A stretch of DNA of 63,858 nucleotides, filler included, from Octopus bimaculoides (lineage: Eukaryota): the NCBI RefSeq assembly GCF_001194135.2. It is 7 parts of 7 records of this genome, joined end to end, with 100 filler letters (N's around TTAATTAATTAA, not from the genome) between each part and the next. Parts side by side here need not be neighbours in the genome. Positions count along the whole stretch, not along the records: positions 20,812 to 36,217 come from NC_069000.1; positions 36,318 to 44,766 come from NC_068988.1; 5 more parts are not named here. One strand, written 5' to 3'. Shown piece after piece: positions 26,271 through 38,540 of the stretch (the stretch's first letter is position 1; the number at the start of each line of letters is the position of its first letter). Below the pieces are notes generated by a model that was not told the origin of the DNA, ran no database searches, and saw only the letters and a list, made by a program, of their open reading frames with translations. The translations under genes and the position numbers were made by a program.

Positions 26271-27207
26271 TATAATGGGGGGAGGCATATGTGTGAGTAT
26301 GTGTGTATGAATGTATATGTGTCTGAAATTTTGTGCGTGCATGTGAATGGATTAAAAGTTGTATGACATCTGGTATCAAGTAATCTTCGTTCACTATTTA
26401 TTATCCTTCTAACACTTCGTTAAACTAAGTGGTGAGCTACATTGAGTTACTACAGATGTGTAAAGGCAAACACAGACCCACACACGCACACAATCTCATA
26501 TATATATTAGCTGNNNNNNNNNNNNNNNNNNNNNNNNNNNNNNNNNNNNNNNNNNNNNNNNNNNNNNNNNNNNNNNNNNNNNNNNNNNNNNNNNNNNNNN
26601 NNNNNNNNNNNNNNNATATATATATGTATATATATGTACATTTGTATGTAGTATATATATGAATCCCTGCGTATAGATAGATTGAGAGAGGGAGAGTTGT
26701 TTTATGTAACTTCTAAATCAAATGGTCTGTTTGCGATGACCTAGTAATGAATTCATTGGTTTATACTGAAACGAATATACAACATTGAAGCGTGCGTGCG
26801 CAAGTGTACACATACTTTTACATATGTGCATGCCTTCAAACATACATAATGAGGCGCAGAAGCACATATCTATACTTGTATACGTATATGTGTATGTCTG
26901 TATGCATATACGTACTGATGACAGGAAGAGTAAATAGTTACACGAAATGATAGCTGCTTCTGTTTCCCGCCTTTAGCTTCCATCTACCTCTTCTCTATTA
27001 CTAATCCATGTCTTTTTCTTCCTTCTCTTCGTTTGCTACTATTCCCTTCTTTTCCTTTCTTTTTTCCTTTTAAAATGTTTTTCTGCTTGTAAAACTAAAC
27101 TATCGCATAACATTTAACGACCTGCTATAATATAAACCCGCTTATATCATGTTTGTCACGGATATATATGTATATGTATGTATATATTATATGTACGCGT
27201 TTATATG

Positions 27208-27450
27208 TGGAGGCTCGTAGCTTAGTGGTTAGGGCGTTGTATTAATGATCGTAAGATTGTGGTTTCGATTACTGGACCAGGAGATGCGTTCTGTTGTTGA
27301 GCAGAACACTTCATTTCACGCTGCTCCAGTCTACTCAGCCTTCAAAATTGTGTAATCTTGTGACGGACCGGCGTTCCGTCCCCGGATGGAACATATACGC
27401 TACAGAATCCGGCAACCCCACCTCATCAGTCTATGGCTCGAGAAGGATAG
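27208..27450 (+). mobile_element. SINE family D (tRNA-like head)
   Basis: TAGCTTAGTGGTTAGG A box, GTTTCGATTAC B box, then GAGCAGAACACTTCATTTCACGCTGCTCCAGT. Confidence 0.75.
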
Positions 27451-27516
27451 TTAATCTTTTTTTTTTTTTACTTTCTTTACGTGCGTATGTATGGTGTATG
27501 TTTATTTTTTACCTTC

Positions 27517-27930
27517 TACTTGTTTCAGTCATTGGACTGTGACCATACTAAGACACCACTTGGAGGGGTATAATTGACCCTATTTCATAAGTTTTAAGCC
27601 TGATACTTATTCTATCGGACTCTTTTGCCAAGCCAGTAGCTAACTAGGACGCAGACAAACAGCGGTTGTCAAACAGTGATGGGGTACAAACTCAAAGACA
27701 CACACACATACAAACACATGTTCTTTTATTCTTTTACTTGTTTCATTTATTTGATTGCGGCCAGGCTGGGGCACAGCCTTGAATGTTTAGTCGAACAAAT
27801 CGACTCCAGTACTTATATTTCTAAAGCCTGAAACTTATTCTATTCGACCGTTTTTTGCCGAACCGCTAAACTGTGGGTATGTAAATAAACAAGCTCCTGT
27901 TGCCAAGCTGTCAAATACAAACTCAAAAAC
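27517..27930 (-). mobile_element. Two tandem SINE family A 3' halves
   Basis: CTTGTTTCA..CATT.GACTG.G.CCA and TACTTATTCTAT..G.C..TTTTGCC occur twice. Confidence 0.75.
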
Positions 27931-27984
27931 GCATACATACATACATACATACATACATACATACATACATACATACATACATAA

Positions 27985-28113
27985 GTATGGCTTAGTGGTT
28001 AGGGCATTCGGCTCACGATCGTAAGGTCGTGAGTTCAATTCCGGGCGACGTGTTATGTCCTTGAGCAAGATACTTTATTTCACTCTGCTCCAGTCCACTC
28101 AGCTGGCAAAAGT
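27985..28113 (+). mobile_element. SINE family D head, young
   Basis: TGGCTTAGTGGTTAGGGCATTCGGCTCACGATCGTAAGGTCGTGAGTTCAATTCC...CCTTGAGCAAGATACTTTATTTCAC. Confidence 0.88.
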
Positions 28114-29602
28114 NNNNNNNNNNNNNNNNNNNNNNNNNNNNNNNNNNNNNNNNNNNNNNNNNNNNNNNNNNNNNNNNNNNNNNNNNNNNNNNNNNNNNNN
28201 NNNNNNNNNNNNNNNNNNNNNNNNNNNNNNNNNNNNNNNNNNNNNNNNNNNNNNNNNNNNNNNNNNNNNNNNNNNNNNNNNNNNNNNNNNNNNNNNNNNN
28301 NNNNNNNNNNNNNNNNNNNNNNNNNNNNNNNNNNNNNNNNNNNNNNNNNNNNNNNNNNNNNNNNNNNNNNNNNNNNNNNNNNNNNNNNNNNNNNNNNNNN
28401 NNNNNNNNNNNNNNNNNNNNNNNNNNNNNNNNNNNNNNNNNNNNNNNNNNNNNNNNNNNNNNNNNNNNNNNNNNNNNNNNNNNNNNNNNNNNNNNNNNNN
28501 NNNNNNNNNNNNNNNNNNNNNNNNNNNNNNNNNNNNNNNNNNNNNNNNNNNNNNNNNNNNNNNNNNNNNNNNNNNNNNNNNNNNNNNNNNNNNNNNNNNN
28601 NNNNNNNNNNNNNNNNNNNNNNNNNNNNNNNNNNNNNNNNNNNNNNNNNNNNNNNNNNNNNNNNNNNNNNNNNNNNNNNNNNNNNNNNNNNNNNNNNNNN
28701 NNNNNNNNNNNNNNNNNNNNNNNNNNNNNNNNNNNNNNNNNNNNNNNNNNNNNNNNNNNNNNNNNNNNNNNNNNNNNNNNNNNNNNNNNNNNNNNNNNNN
28801 NNNNNNNNNNNNNNNNNNNNNNNNNNNNNNNNNNNNNNNNNNNNNNATATATATATATATATATATATACATGTATACATATATACATATTTATACACAT
28901 ACATTAGAGGATTTATTAAAATAACTACTGTATACTTGTTTTCATGATGACCCTATTATACGTTTGCATAAAAAAAATTTTCGTCACTGAATCGACAACT
29001 GAAGTCTAACTAAATGTTTATCGTGAGGAAAAATATAGCGTTTGTTGTTAAAGGCTGATGAATAGAGCAAAACTTGAACAATATATATAGATTAAGCAAC
29101 TAAATGAGTTTCGAGAAACTCAATGAAGCGAAACTGATGAACTTTTGTCAGCACTAACATCAATAAACAAATTTTATTTCACAGTAAACTAATACTGGGT
29201 TGTTTATCTAGTTTTTGGAATACGTTCTTTAGAAGATTCACATCCCAATAGATATCACAATTTAAGAACATTCACCATGAGTTGATAAACTAAATGTCTT
29301 CTTCGCGTACGAAAATTGATTGCATTCATTTTATTCTCTGTTCATTTATTTGGAATCACACCGTTTTAAATGTATGTGTGTTCGAGCGCTTGTATGTGGT
29401 TTCATTAGTGCGTGTTTGTGCGTGTACGTGTGTAATTTGTTGCTGGTTACATTTAGTGTAGGTCCACACTGATGGATGGGAAAAATATGGGGATGTATAT
29501 GTATACAACATAAATATATCTGTATGTGTGTGTGTTTGTAAATGGGTATATGTGCATTATATAAATTTCTTCATACATCCATATGAGAATATATATATAG
29601 AC

Positions 29603-29633
<31 letters not shown>

Positions 29634-29778
29634 TGTATGTATGTATGTATGTATGTATGTATGTATGTGTATATATATATATATATACATACATATAGAT
29701 ATATAAGAAGGTAGGTAGTTATAGGTATACTAATAGATGTGTCTACATATTTACATACACTTGGTAGTTCTTGTATGC

Positions 29779-29818
<40 letters not shown>

Positions 29819-29843
29819 NNNNNNNNNNNNNNNNNNNNNNNNN

Positions 29844-29878
<35 letters not shown>

Positions 29879-30520
29879 GTGTGTGTGTGTGTGTCTGTGT
29901 GTGTGTATGTATGTATGTATGTATGTATGTATATATGCATATATATGTACACACACATATTAATGTATATATATATATACATACATACATATATCCACTT
30001 ACAAATATATACACACTTGTGAGCACTTAGGTGCAAAAGAATAGTACTCAAATGACAAACCTAGAATAAATGTATTCTGTTGGACCCGAAAAGCTTTCAC
30101 AAACTATTACTCAGAATTTCACTAAATTGATCGTCAGACAAGTCCTGAGTATTTATAACAATGCAATAGTATTCATGATTGTCAACTCATCGATTAAACC
30201 TTTCAACATTTAAAGCCGATTGAGCAAGCACTTTTCAAAATCACAGTAAACTGTCGGGTGAATGCAATTGATCGTAACATAAAAACTTATAAACATTAAG
30301 ATGAGACGAATAAATTGTCTACGATCGTAAGAATCGTAAACAAATAGTCATCTTAATGTTTGTATATTTTTCTGTGACTGTCAATCGCTTGCCTCCAACA
30401 GATTTCCGTTATTTTGAAAAGTAACTGCCCAATGCCTATTTAACGAGTTGGTAATCATGTGTATACATACATACATACATACATACACACACACGCGCGG
30501 ACATACACACACACACACAC

Positions 30521-30574
<54 letters not shown>

Positions 30575-30576
<2 letters not shown>

Positions 30577-31150
30577 GAAGAAATTGGAGTCAACACGAAG
30601 GAGTACGGTAGGGCAGTTATTTTTTAATCACTACACTTGTTTCCAGCCAAATTGATTCTCTAAATGTACAAGTATTTGATTATGCAACTGTTTGTTTGCA
30701 TAATGAGTGCCAGTAGTGTTTCCTCAGGTGATATTCAAGTGTTGTCTCCGTTAATTTAAAATCTTCGACTTCAAGGCCATCCCATCAGTACGTCGCGGTT
30801 TGAATTTTGTAGCAGTTGGTAGATTCATGTCGTTTGGTGGTAGGGTGTGTTTGTTGGACTCCCATCCGTCCATCTTGGTTTGAATTTTGTAGTAGTTGGT
30901 AGATTCATGCTGTTTGGTGACAGAGTGTGTCCAACAAGCACACCCTGCCACCAAACAACATGAATCTCCATGAAGATTTTAGACTAACGGAGACAACACT
31001 TCAATATCACCTGAGGAAACACAACTGGATCCCGTTATGCAAACAAACAAATACCAGTACTTTTGGAGAACCACGTTAGGGGGAAACAGCTGTAGTGATT
31101 AAAAGAATATCTGTCCAACCGTACTCCTTCTTGCTGATTCCAATTTCTTC
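30575..31150. mobile_element. Fold-back element with about 200-bp inverted arms, each carrying a hammerhead-like motif (Penelope-type inverted pLTRs)
   Basis: 30575-30777 matches the reverse complement of 30971-31150, and 30820-30849 matches the reverse complement of 30940-30968. Internal tandem duplication at about 30798-30920. Confidence 0.75.
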
Positions 31151-31623
31151 AATTTTATATTCGCACACGACGAATACCCAAACATAAACATGAAAGTATA
31201 TAATAATGCTAGCAGATAGTACTGAGTATTTCAGAGGGCGGACGAGCTTTATAACGTACTCTGCCACGTTCCTAACCGAATATACTACATATATGTAATG
31301 CAAATCACAGCAGAAATGTGATCAACTGAAATGAATTTAAATATTTCAAAGCATCACTGCATGTGAAATAAGAATGTAAACACATATTTTCGATGCTATG
31401 TGTGGAAAAATAAAGACCGTGTCTCTAGTGATCCGTTTCATGGTTTATTAACTACTACTCAAAGTAAATATCTCCTTCTTCCCTCTCCAAACAACAGCAT
31501 AGATCAACTACTATAAAATCAGTCATAAATTGAGACTAGCACCCTGGTGGATAGATTAATTTACGTATTGCGTGTTTGTTCTTTTGATGGCTCCTAATAC
31601 ATACACTGCACTCATTTACAATT

Positions 31624-31677
<54 letters not shown>

Positions 31678-32152
31678 CACACATACACTCATCCTCTTCT
31701 GTTCACACACACACACACACATTCTTATCCAACTACACATACACTCCTCTATTCCTGCTGTTGGACAATATGAAAGAAAGATGGCCACCTCGGTTTGTAC
31801 ATGCTTGAATCATTCATGAATTACACAAGACAGTATCAAAAGTGCTGAGCAGTCCGCAGCACGTCTTCCTACGATAAATAAATCAACGAAAGAACTCGAA
31901 AAATTTGCTATATGGTAGGAGGGGGGTTAAAGCTGGAATGTCATAAGACAAAAAATTCTTTCATGTCTTCGGAAGGCGTTTTAACTTGACCTCCTCCTCC
32001 TTACTTCAATATTTCAATATAACTTTTACATTGTTTTCTTTTTCTAGTTAATCGTTCTTCTTTTTATCCTATTGTATGTTATCTGCTTACACACTACAAT
32101 CTTTACTGAGATATTTCAAGTGTAGTCACCCGCAATCAACAGATATATGTTA

Positions 32153-32451
32153 GTTGGCACTCCGTCGCTTACGACGTCGAGGGTTCCAGTTGATCCGATC
32201 AACAGAACAGCCTGCTCGTGAAATTAACGTGCAAGTGGCTGAGCACTCCACAGACACGTGTACCCTTAACGTAGTTCTCGGGGATATTCAGCGTGACACA
32301 GTGTGACAAGGCTGACCCTTTGAATTGCAGGCACAACAGAAATAGGAAGTAAGAGTGAGAGAAAGTTGTGGTGGAAGAGTACAGCAGGGTTCGCCACCAT
32401 CCCCTGCCGGAGCCTCGTGGAACTTTTAGGTGTTTTCGCTCAATAAACACT
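32153..32451 (-). mobile_element. SINE family C body and 3' end, young
   Basis: Overlaps the head copy at 46095-46270 (CACCTAAAAG..CACGAGGCTCCGGCAGGG..GGTGGCGAACCCTGCT); the body contains CAGCCACTTGCACGTTAATTTCACGAGC. Confidence 0.85.
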
Positions 32452-35400
32452 NNNNNNNNNNNNNNNNNNNNNNNNNNNNNNNNNNNNNNNNNNNNNNNNN
32501 NNNNNNNNNNNNNNNNNNNNNNNNNNNNNNNNNNNNNNNNNNNNNNNNNNNNNNNNNNNNNNNNNNNNNNNNNNNNNNNNNNNNNNNNNNNNNNNNNNNN
32601 NNNNNNNNNNNNNNNNNNNNNNNNNNNNNNNNNNNNNNNNNNNNNNNNNNNNNNNNNNNNNNNNNNNNNNNNNNNNNNNNNNNNNNNNNNNNNNNNNNNN
32701 NNNNNNNNNNNNNNNNNNNNNNNNNNNNNNNNNNNNNNNNNNNNNNNNNNNNNNNNNNNNNNNNNNNNNNNNNNNNNNNNNNNNNNNNNNNNNNNNNNNN
32801 NNNNNNNNNNNNNNNNNNNNNNNNNNNNNNNNNNNNNNNNNNNNNNNNNNNNNNNNNNNNNNNNNNNNNNNNNNNNNNNNNNNNNNNNNNNNNNNNNNNN
32901 NNNNNNNNNNNNNNNNNNNNNNNNNNNNNNNNNNNNNNNNNNNNNNNNNNNNNNNNNNNNNNNNNNNNNNNNNNNNNNNNNNNNNNNNNNNNNNNNNNNN
33001 NNNNNNNNNNNNNNNNNNNNNNNNNNNNNNNNNNNNNNNNNNNNNNNNNNNNNNNNNNNNNNNNNNNNNNNNNNNNNNNNNNNNNNNNNNNNNNNNNNNN
33101 NNNNNNNNNNNNNNNNNNNNNNNNNNNNNNNNNNNNNNNNNNNNNNNNNNNNNNNNNNNNNNNNNNNNNNNNNNNNNNNNNNNNNNNNNNNNNNNNNNNN
33201 NNNNNNNNNNNNNNNNNNNNNNNNNNNNNNNNNNNNNNNNNNNNNNNNNNNNNNNNNNNNNNNNNNNNNNNNNNNNNNNNNNNNNNNNNNNNNNNNNNNN
33301 NNNNNNNNNNNNNNNNNNNNNNNNNNNNNNNNNNNNNNNNNNNNNNNNNNNNNNNNNNNNNNNNNNNNNNNNNNNNNNCAAGACGCTTCATTCTACATTG
33401 CTCCCGTTGCCTCCCATAATATCGTCCCATGCGACAAGTAACATGAGATTGTGTATGAATGGAAGTGATGATGGCGGGGATGTGGAAAGAAGCAGAAGAA
33501 ACGGAAGGTTAAGGACCTAAAGATAAAGGTTTGTAAAACACAAGCAGAAGACCTCATATAACAGGACAACATGAAGGTGACTTTCCCCCATAAGGGCAGC
33601 GTCCTGCTGATAGCTTAATTGGTTGATTACAATCTTAGTATGATCACGATATCTTCTTTGCGGAGGAAGATTGTGCATTTTAAAGTAAGTATCTAGTTAT
33701 TCTGAATTTTAAATTTGCATTACTTTCATATATGCCAATATGGCTGACTCTGTTACTGCCTCTACCTATACTTTTATTCCTCCTAACAGAAAATCCACTA
33801 CCCTTAATATGTGTGTGACTTTGCTTTTGTCTCTCTCCGCATATATAATAACCACTATATCTTATCGCTTACACAGAAATCAGATGAACCAATATCTAAA
33901 CCGCTTACATGCATACACATACACACAAACAGTAAATTGACAGAAGATGAGTGAGAGGAAGTATCTGAGTTGAAATTGAAACACATCTGTTCGTCCATGC
34001 TCTACCTGCATCAGCAAATGTGGACTCAAAGGCAGTTATCACACTTAAGGAGACTGATGATGCTTTCGCCTTTGCTTCTAGAACATCACTTAATAATTCA
34101 ACCTTACGCGACTTGTTGACATTAGCACATTGGTAAGCTCACTTAGAGACACCTACGACACTGTGAGTCCCCTGTTCATATATTTTCAACCAGCCAACTA
34201 TCAAGCACCATTTTGAAAGAGCCATCTACAAGTTAACACTGAAGCATCAAGCTATACTGGTTATGAATTCACAAACGATAATGATAAGTCGGACACTGGA
34301 TATGCTCTATACTCGAATCAGTTGTAGTCATGGAACTGGAAACATGCAATTATGTGCATTGATGCATATTGCCAAGCGACACAACCCAGCCAAATGATTT
34401 GACAGGCATAGCGGTGCGCAGGTTACAGAACTGTAATATCAAAAACATTTGGTATGAGTTTGTATTTGTGAGCATGCGGAGGTGTGTGATTCGTGTACCT
34501 GATGTTCCTAGGAAACACAGGATTAAGACAAATTTAGACAAAAATTGTGGGAAAACACGTGTCACTGCTGGTTTAAGGAGTTCAAACAAGTTGTACATGT
34601 AGGAGGAAGAATCTCAACACGGCTTGAATAAAAGCTGCGCAGGTCTCATTTTATAAAATTATATAAAACACTAAACGTGTTAATATAAAACATTGAAAAC
34701 TGTCCTGAACATCATTTTGAACCAGGATATGCACCAACATCTAAAATGCGATATGTGATACATTTTAATAAATTATAACTTCATGAACGCCACCCAGAAT
34801 GGTTACCATACCCGAATAAGGTTTGAAAGGCTATAAATAAGTTTTGTTACCTTTGAATGGTGCCGAAATGTGGTCTGGCACGAAGACTAATTACCCTTCA
34901 ACTGTTTATCAAGATTCATGGCATTGGCCCACTTGAGTTTATTTGTAGAACTCATTTTCTGTTTTTATTAGAGTAGAACACACATGTCCAACGTGCCGTG
35001 TAATCGAACACAGATACGCACATACACATATTCGAATATATATNNNNNNNNNNNNNNNNNNNNNNNNNNNNNNNNNNNNNNNNNNNNNNNNNNNNNNNNN
35101 NNNNNNNNNNNNNNNNNNNNNNNNNNNNNNNNNNNNNNNNNNNNNNNNNNNNNNNNNNNNNNNNNNNNNNNNNNNNNNNNNNNNNNNNNNNNNNNNNNNN
35201 NNNNNNNNNNNNNNNNNNNNNNNNNNNNNNNNNNNNNNNNNNNNNNNNNNNNNNNNNNNNNNNNNNNNNNNNNNNNNNNNNNNNNNNNNNNNNNNNNNNN
35301 NNNNNNNNNNNNNNNNNNNNNNNNNNNNNNNNNNNNNNNNNNNNNNNNNNNNNNNNNNNNNNNNNNNNNNNNNNNNNNNNNNNNNNNNNNNNNNNNNNNN

Positions 35401-36317
35401 NNNNNNNNNNNNNNNNNNNNNNNNNNNNNNNNNNNNNNNNNNNNNNNNNNNNNNNNNNNNNNNNNNNNNNNNNNNNNNNNNNNNNNNNNNNNNNNNNNNN
35501 NNNNNNNNNNNNNNNNNNNNNNNNNNNNNNNNNNNNNNNNNNNNNNNNNNNNNNNNNNNNNNNNNNNNNNNNNNNNNNNNNNNNNNNNNNNNNNNNNNNN
35601 NNNNNNNNNNNNNNNNNNNNNNNNNNNNNNNNNNNNNNNNATATATATGCATCTGTGTGTGAGCGGTAGTAAAATGAATCGATTAAGTATAAGAATAAAA
35701 TCTAAAAACATTAAACAACGGATGTAACTTTAAACACACACTCACACACATGAGCTCTTTGACACATATATAGTCACATATATGCATTGTGCACATACAC
35801 ACACACACACACACACTCACACGCATAAGTGAGTGTCTGCATATACGTATAAATGTATGTATTATGTATGCAGTTACGCACATTGTATAAAGTGTGAAAT
35901 TTATATGAACATTAATTCTTAAATGTAGGCTAAGTAGTCCCGTAAAATAAGGAAAGCATGGAAGTGGAGGCTCGAGCTAAATGGCAATGGTGAGAGAATG
36001 GGGTGCGAAATGGAATGGTTGGTAGAGGGTAGTGAGGGTTTAGATATTCTCTGCCTTGATTTCTTGAAGATGTCAATCATTCAAAGGCTGGAAACGATCC
36101 ATTCACACCTCACTTCGTTTCTTACTTCTGCTTATTCGTTTATATTAACAGCTACCGTTCTTCTTTCTCACTACTTGGAGTCGTTGAATGTGTGTGTGTG
36201 TGTGTGTGTGTGTGTGTNNNNNNNNNNNNNNNNNNNNNNNNNNNNNNNNNNNNNNNNNNNNTTAATTAATTAANNNNNNNNNNNNNNNNNNNNNNNNNNN
36301 NNNNNNNNNNNNNNNNN

Positions 36318-36521
36318 AAAGACACCATTTCGAGCGTGGCCGTTTTCGTGCGGGTGACACGTAAAAGCACCCACTACACTCTCTGAGTGGTTGGCGTTAG
36401 GAAGGGCATCCAGCTGTAGAAACTCTGCCAAATTAGACTGGAGCCTGGTGTTGCCATCCGGTTTCACCAGTCCTCAGTCAAATCGTCCAACCCATGCTAG
36501 CATGGAAAGCGGACGTTAAAC

Positions 36522-36553
<32 letters not shown>
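36318..36553 (+). mobile_element. RTE LINE 3'UTR with (GAT)n tail
   Basis: Near-identical to the reverse complement of 58657-58900, which is attached to an RTE ORF. Confidence 0.88.
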
Positions 36554-36554
<1 letters not shown>

Positions 36555-38189
36555 TGTACAGCTAACACTGCACCACTTAGTGTCTGTAGTAAGAACTGAA
36601 CTTGTGTTTATATAGTTATTAGTTTGGTATCCTAACCTCCAGTCGTTATATACTTCAGAATTGATTCCTTAGTAATACTAGGATGTTGTAGTAATAAAAT
36701 TTGTTTTTTGATTCTTATTTAGCTGTTGTCCAACTTTTGAGAATTATTGCATGTGGTACTTAGGCTTGTTCACCCAATGAGTTTTGGGAATCATTCCCAA
36801 GCTGTTCAAGCATAGATGGTGTTTATTTAACCAGAACTGACTGCTGCTGCTGCTATATAATTGGCAAATAAATCATAGCACTGTTCAACCATGCAAGATC
36901 TTTCTAAACTATGCTAACAAAGAAAGAAATGAAATAAGGAATATATCACAATAATACTTTTGATGAAATGGAATTTAAATTTATAAAAAAAGGCAAACAA
37001 ATTTTCTAAATAAATAATTTTGTTGTTGAATAAACTATGGTAAAGAAGTAGTTTAACATATATCTCAGAAAAACCAGCAAATTTGACATCTCATATATAG
37101 AAACACATGATGTTTGATGCAATAGTTTGGGGTCGTAAACATTTTTGCTCAGTTTGCCATCTGATGGTAACCACTTCATTTTGAATTACGTATACTGATA
37201 AGTTAAAGAAATCAATGCCAACACATGTAATGTAAACGTCAAAAAACTTTAATTAACCAACACTCTCCCTATAGTAATGAGGAGGAAACATTTATGTAAT
37301 GATTATATCTGTTCTAGGTATGTATAAGAGACAACAGTAACATCTCAAATGTTCTTAATGCCTCCCTTTTACTTCAGGAAGTATCTTAATTGAAGTTTCC
37401 TTGCTCATTACTTTACATGTATTAAAGATAGTTTAACTATTAATTCTGATAAAGATAGTTTCTCTAGGTATATATATTTGAGCATTAAGGAGTTAAGATG
37501 TGATTAGTGATGTGATTAGTGATCAATCATGATCATAAAGGTCTCTTATGATAATCATTGTAATAACATAATTGACAAAATAATAGCTTTTATACCTCAT
37601 TTCTATTTTGTGTGCTAGTGTAGTAAACTGATGATTACTATAACAACAATCATAATAAACACAATTGTTCAACTGAAGCTAGCTTTGAAGTACAAATGGA
37701 AAATGGTAGCACTCACACACATCATCATCATCATTCCATTACTTTCAGCTCTATTCTCCTTCATGAGCTACTCTTACATCTCTCACTTTACTCCTCTCCA
37801 TACTGCTATTTCCCTTCAACTGCACCACCGTCCTTGTTCATCACTCACTACATTCACCACTACCCTCATCTTTAACAGCCTATTACTTCCCCTCACCCTT
37901 TATGAAAGTATCCACTCTTCCCTCCCCATTTATAGCCCACTGTTGCTCATCTTCTTGTATGTTGAGTGTTTGCTTTAGCAACTCATCACCATCTTCCTCC
38001 TTTTAATCTCTTTCAGTCATGTATTTCTTCTACAAGACACCTGTGCTTGTTTCTCCATCATACTTCAGTTTTGTAACATCCGGCATAAAGCCACTCACTT
38101 TCACCTCCCTATCTCTAACACACTCCTCTTAGTAGTGGGAGCTTTTCTTTGTTTCTCCTGTTCTTTTTCTGTGCTGCAAGTTTATATAG

Positions 38190-38390
38190 CAACCTCACTG
38201 GTACCAGTGGCATTAGAAAGGAACCCAGTGCACTCTGTAAAGTGGTTGGCACTAGGAAGGTTATCCAGCTGTAGTATCCATGCCAAAGCTGATACTGGAC
38301 CTCAGTGTGGCCTTGTAGCTTGCTGATCCTGTCAAACTGTCCAACATGTAAAATGGATATTAAATGCTGCTGCTGCATGATGATGATGTT
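38190..38390 (+). mobile_element. Old RTE 3'UTR copy
   Basis: CACTCTGTAAAGTGGTTGGCACTAGGAAGGTTATCCAGCTGTAG is a diverged match to 36370-36420, with a GAT tail. Confidence 0.65.
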
Positions 38391-38540
38391 TATATAAAAC
38401 TTGTTGAACATAAGTGAAACAGGATTAAAGTAAAATATCCATCTGTGTAATATACAAAATATATATGCATTGTATAAGGTACATTACTGCAGTTTTTGTC
38501 TGAGAGAAAATCTTTACATTGATGTGTTGAAAACAATATA

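Noticed and set aside
26915-26955. CTGATGA...GAAA on the plus strand
   Set aside because: Neither stem I nor stem II pairs; consistent with chance in AT-rich DNA.
31076-31303. 75-aa hydrophobic ORF with VRPLKY, superficially GPCR-like
   Set aside because: Half of it lies in the inverted arm of the 30575-31150 repeat; no DRY motif or splice support.
36770-36920. Minus-strand acceptor followed by HSLERSCMVEQCYDLFANYIAAAAVSSG*
   Set aside because: Short, no recognisable domain and no partner exon.
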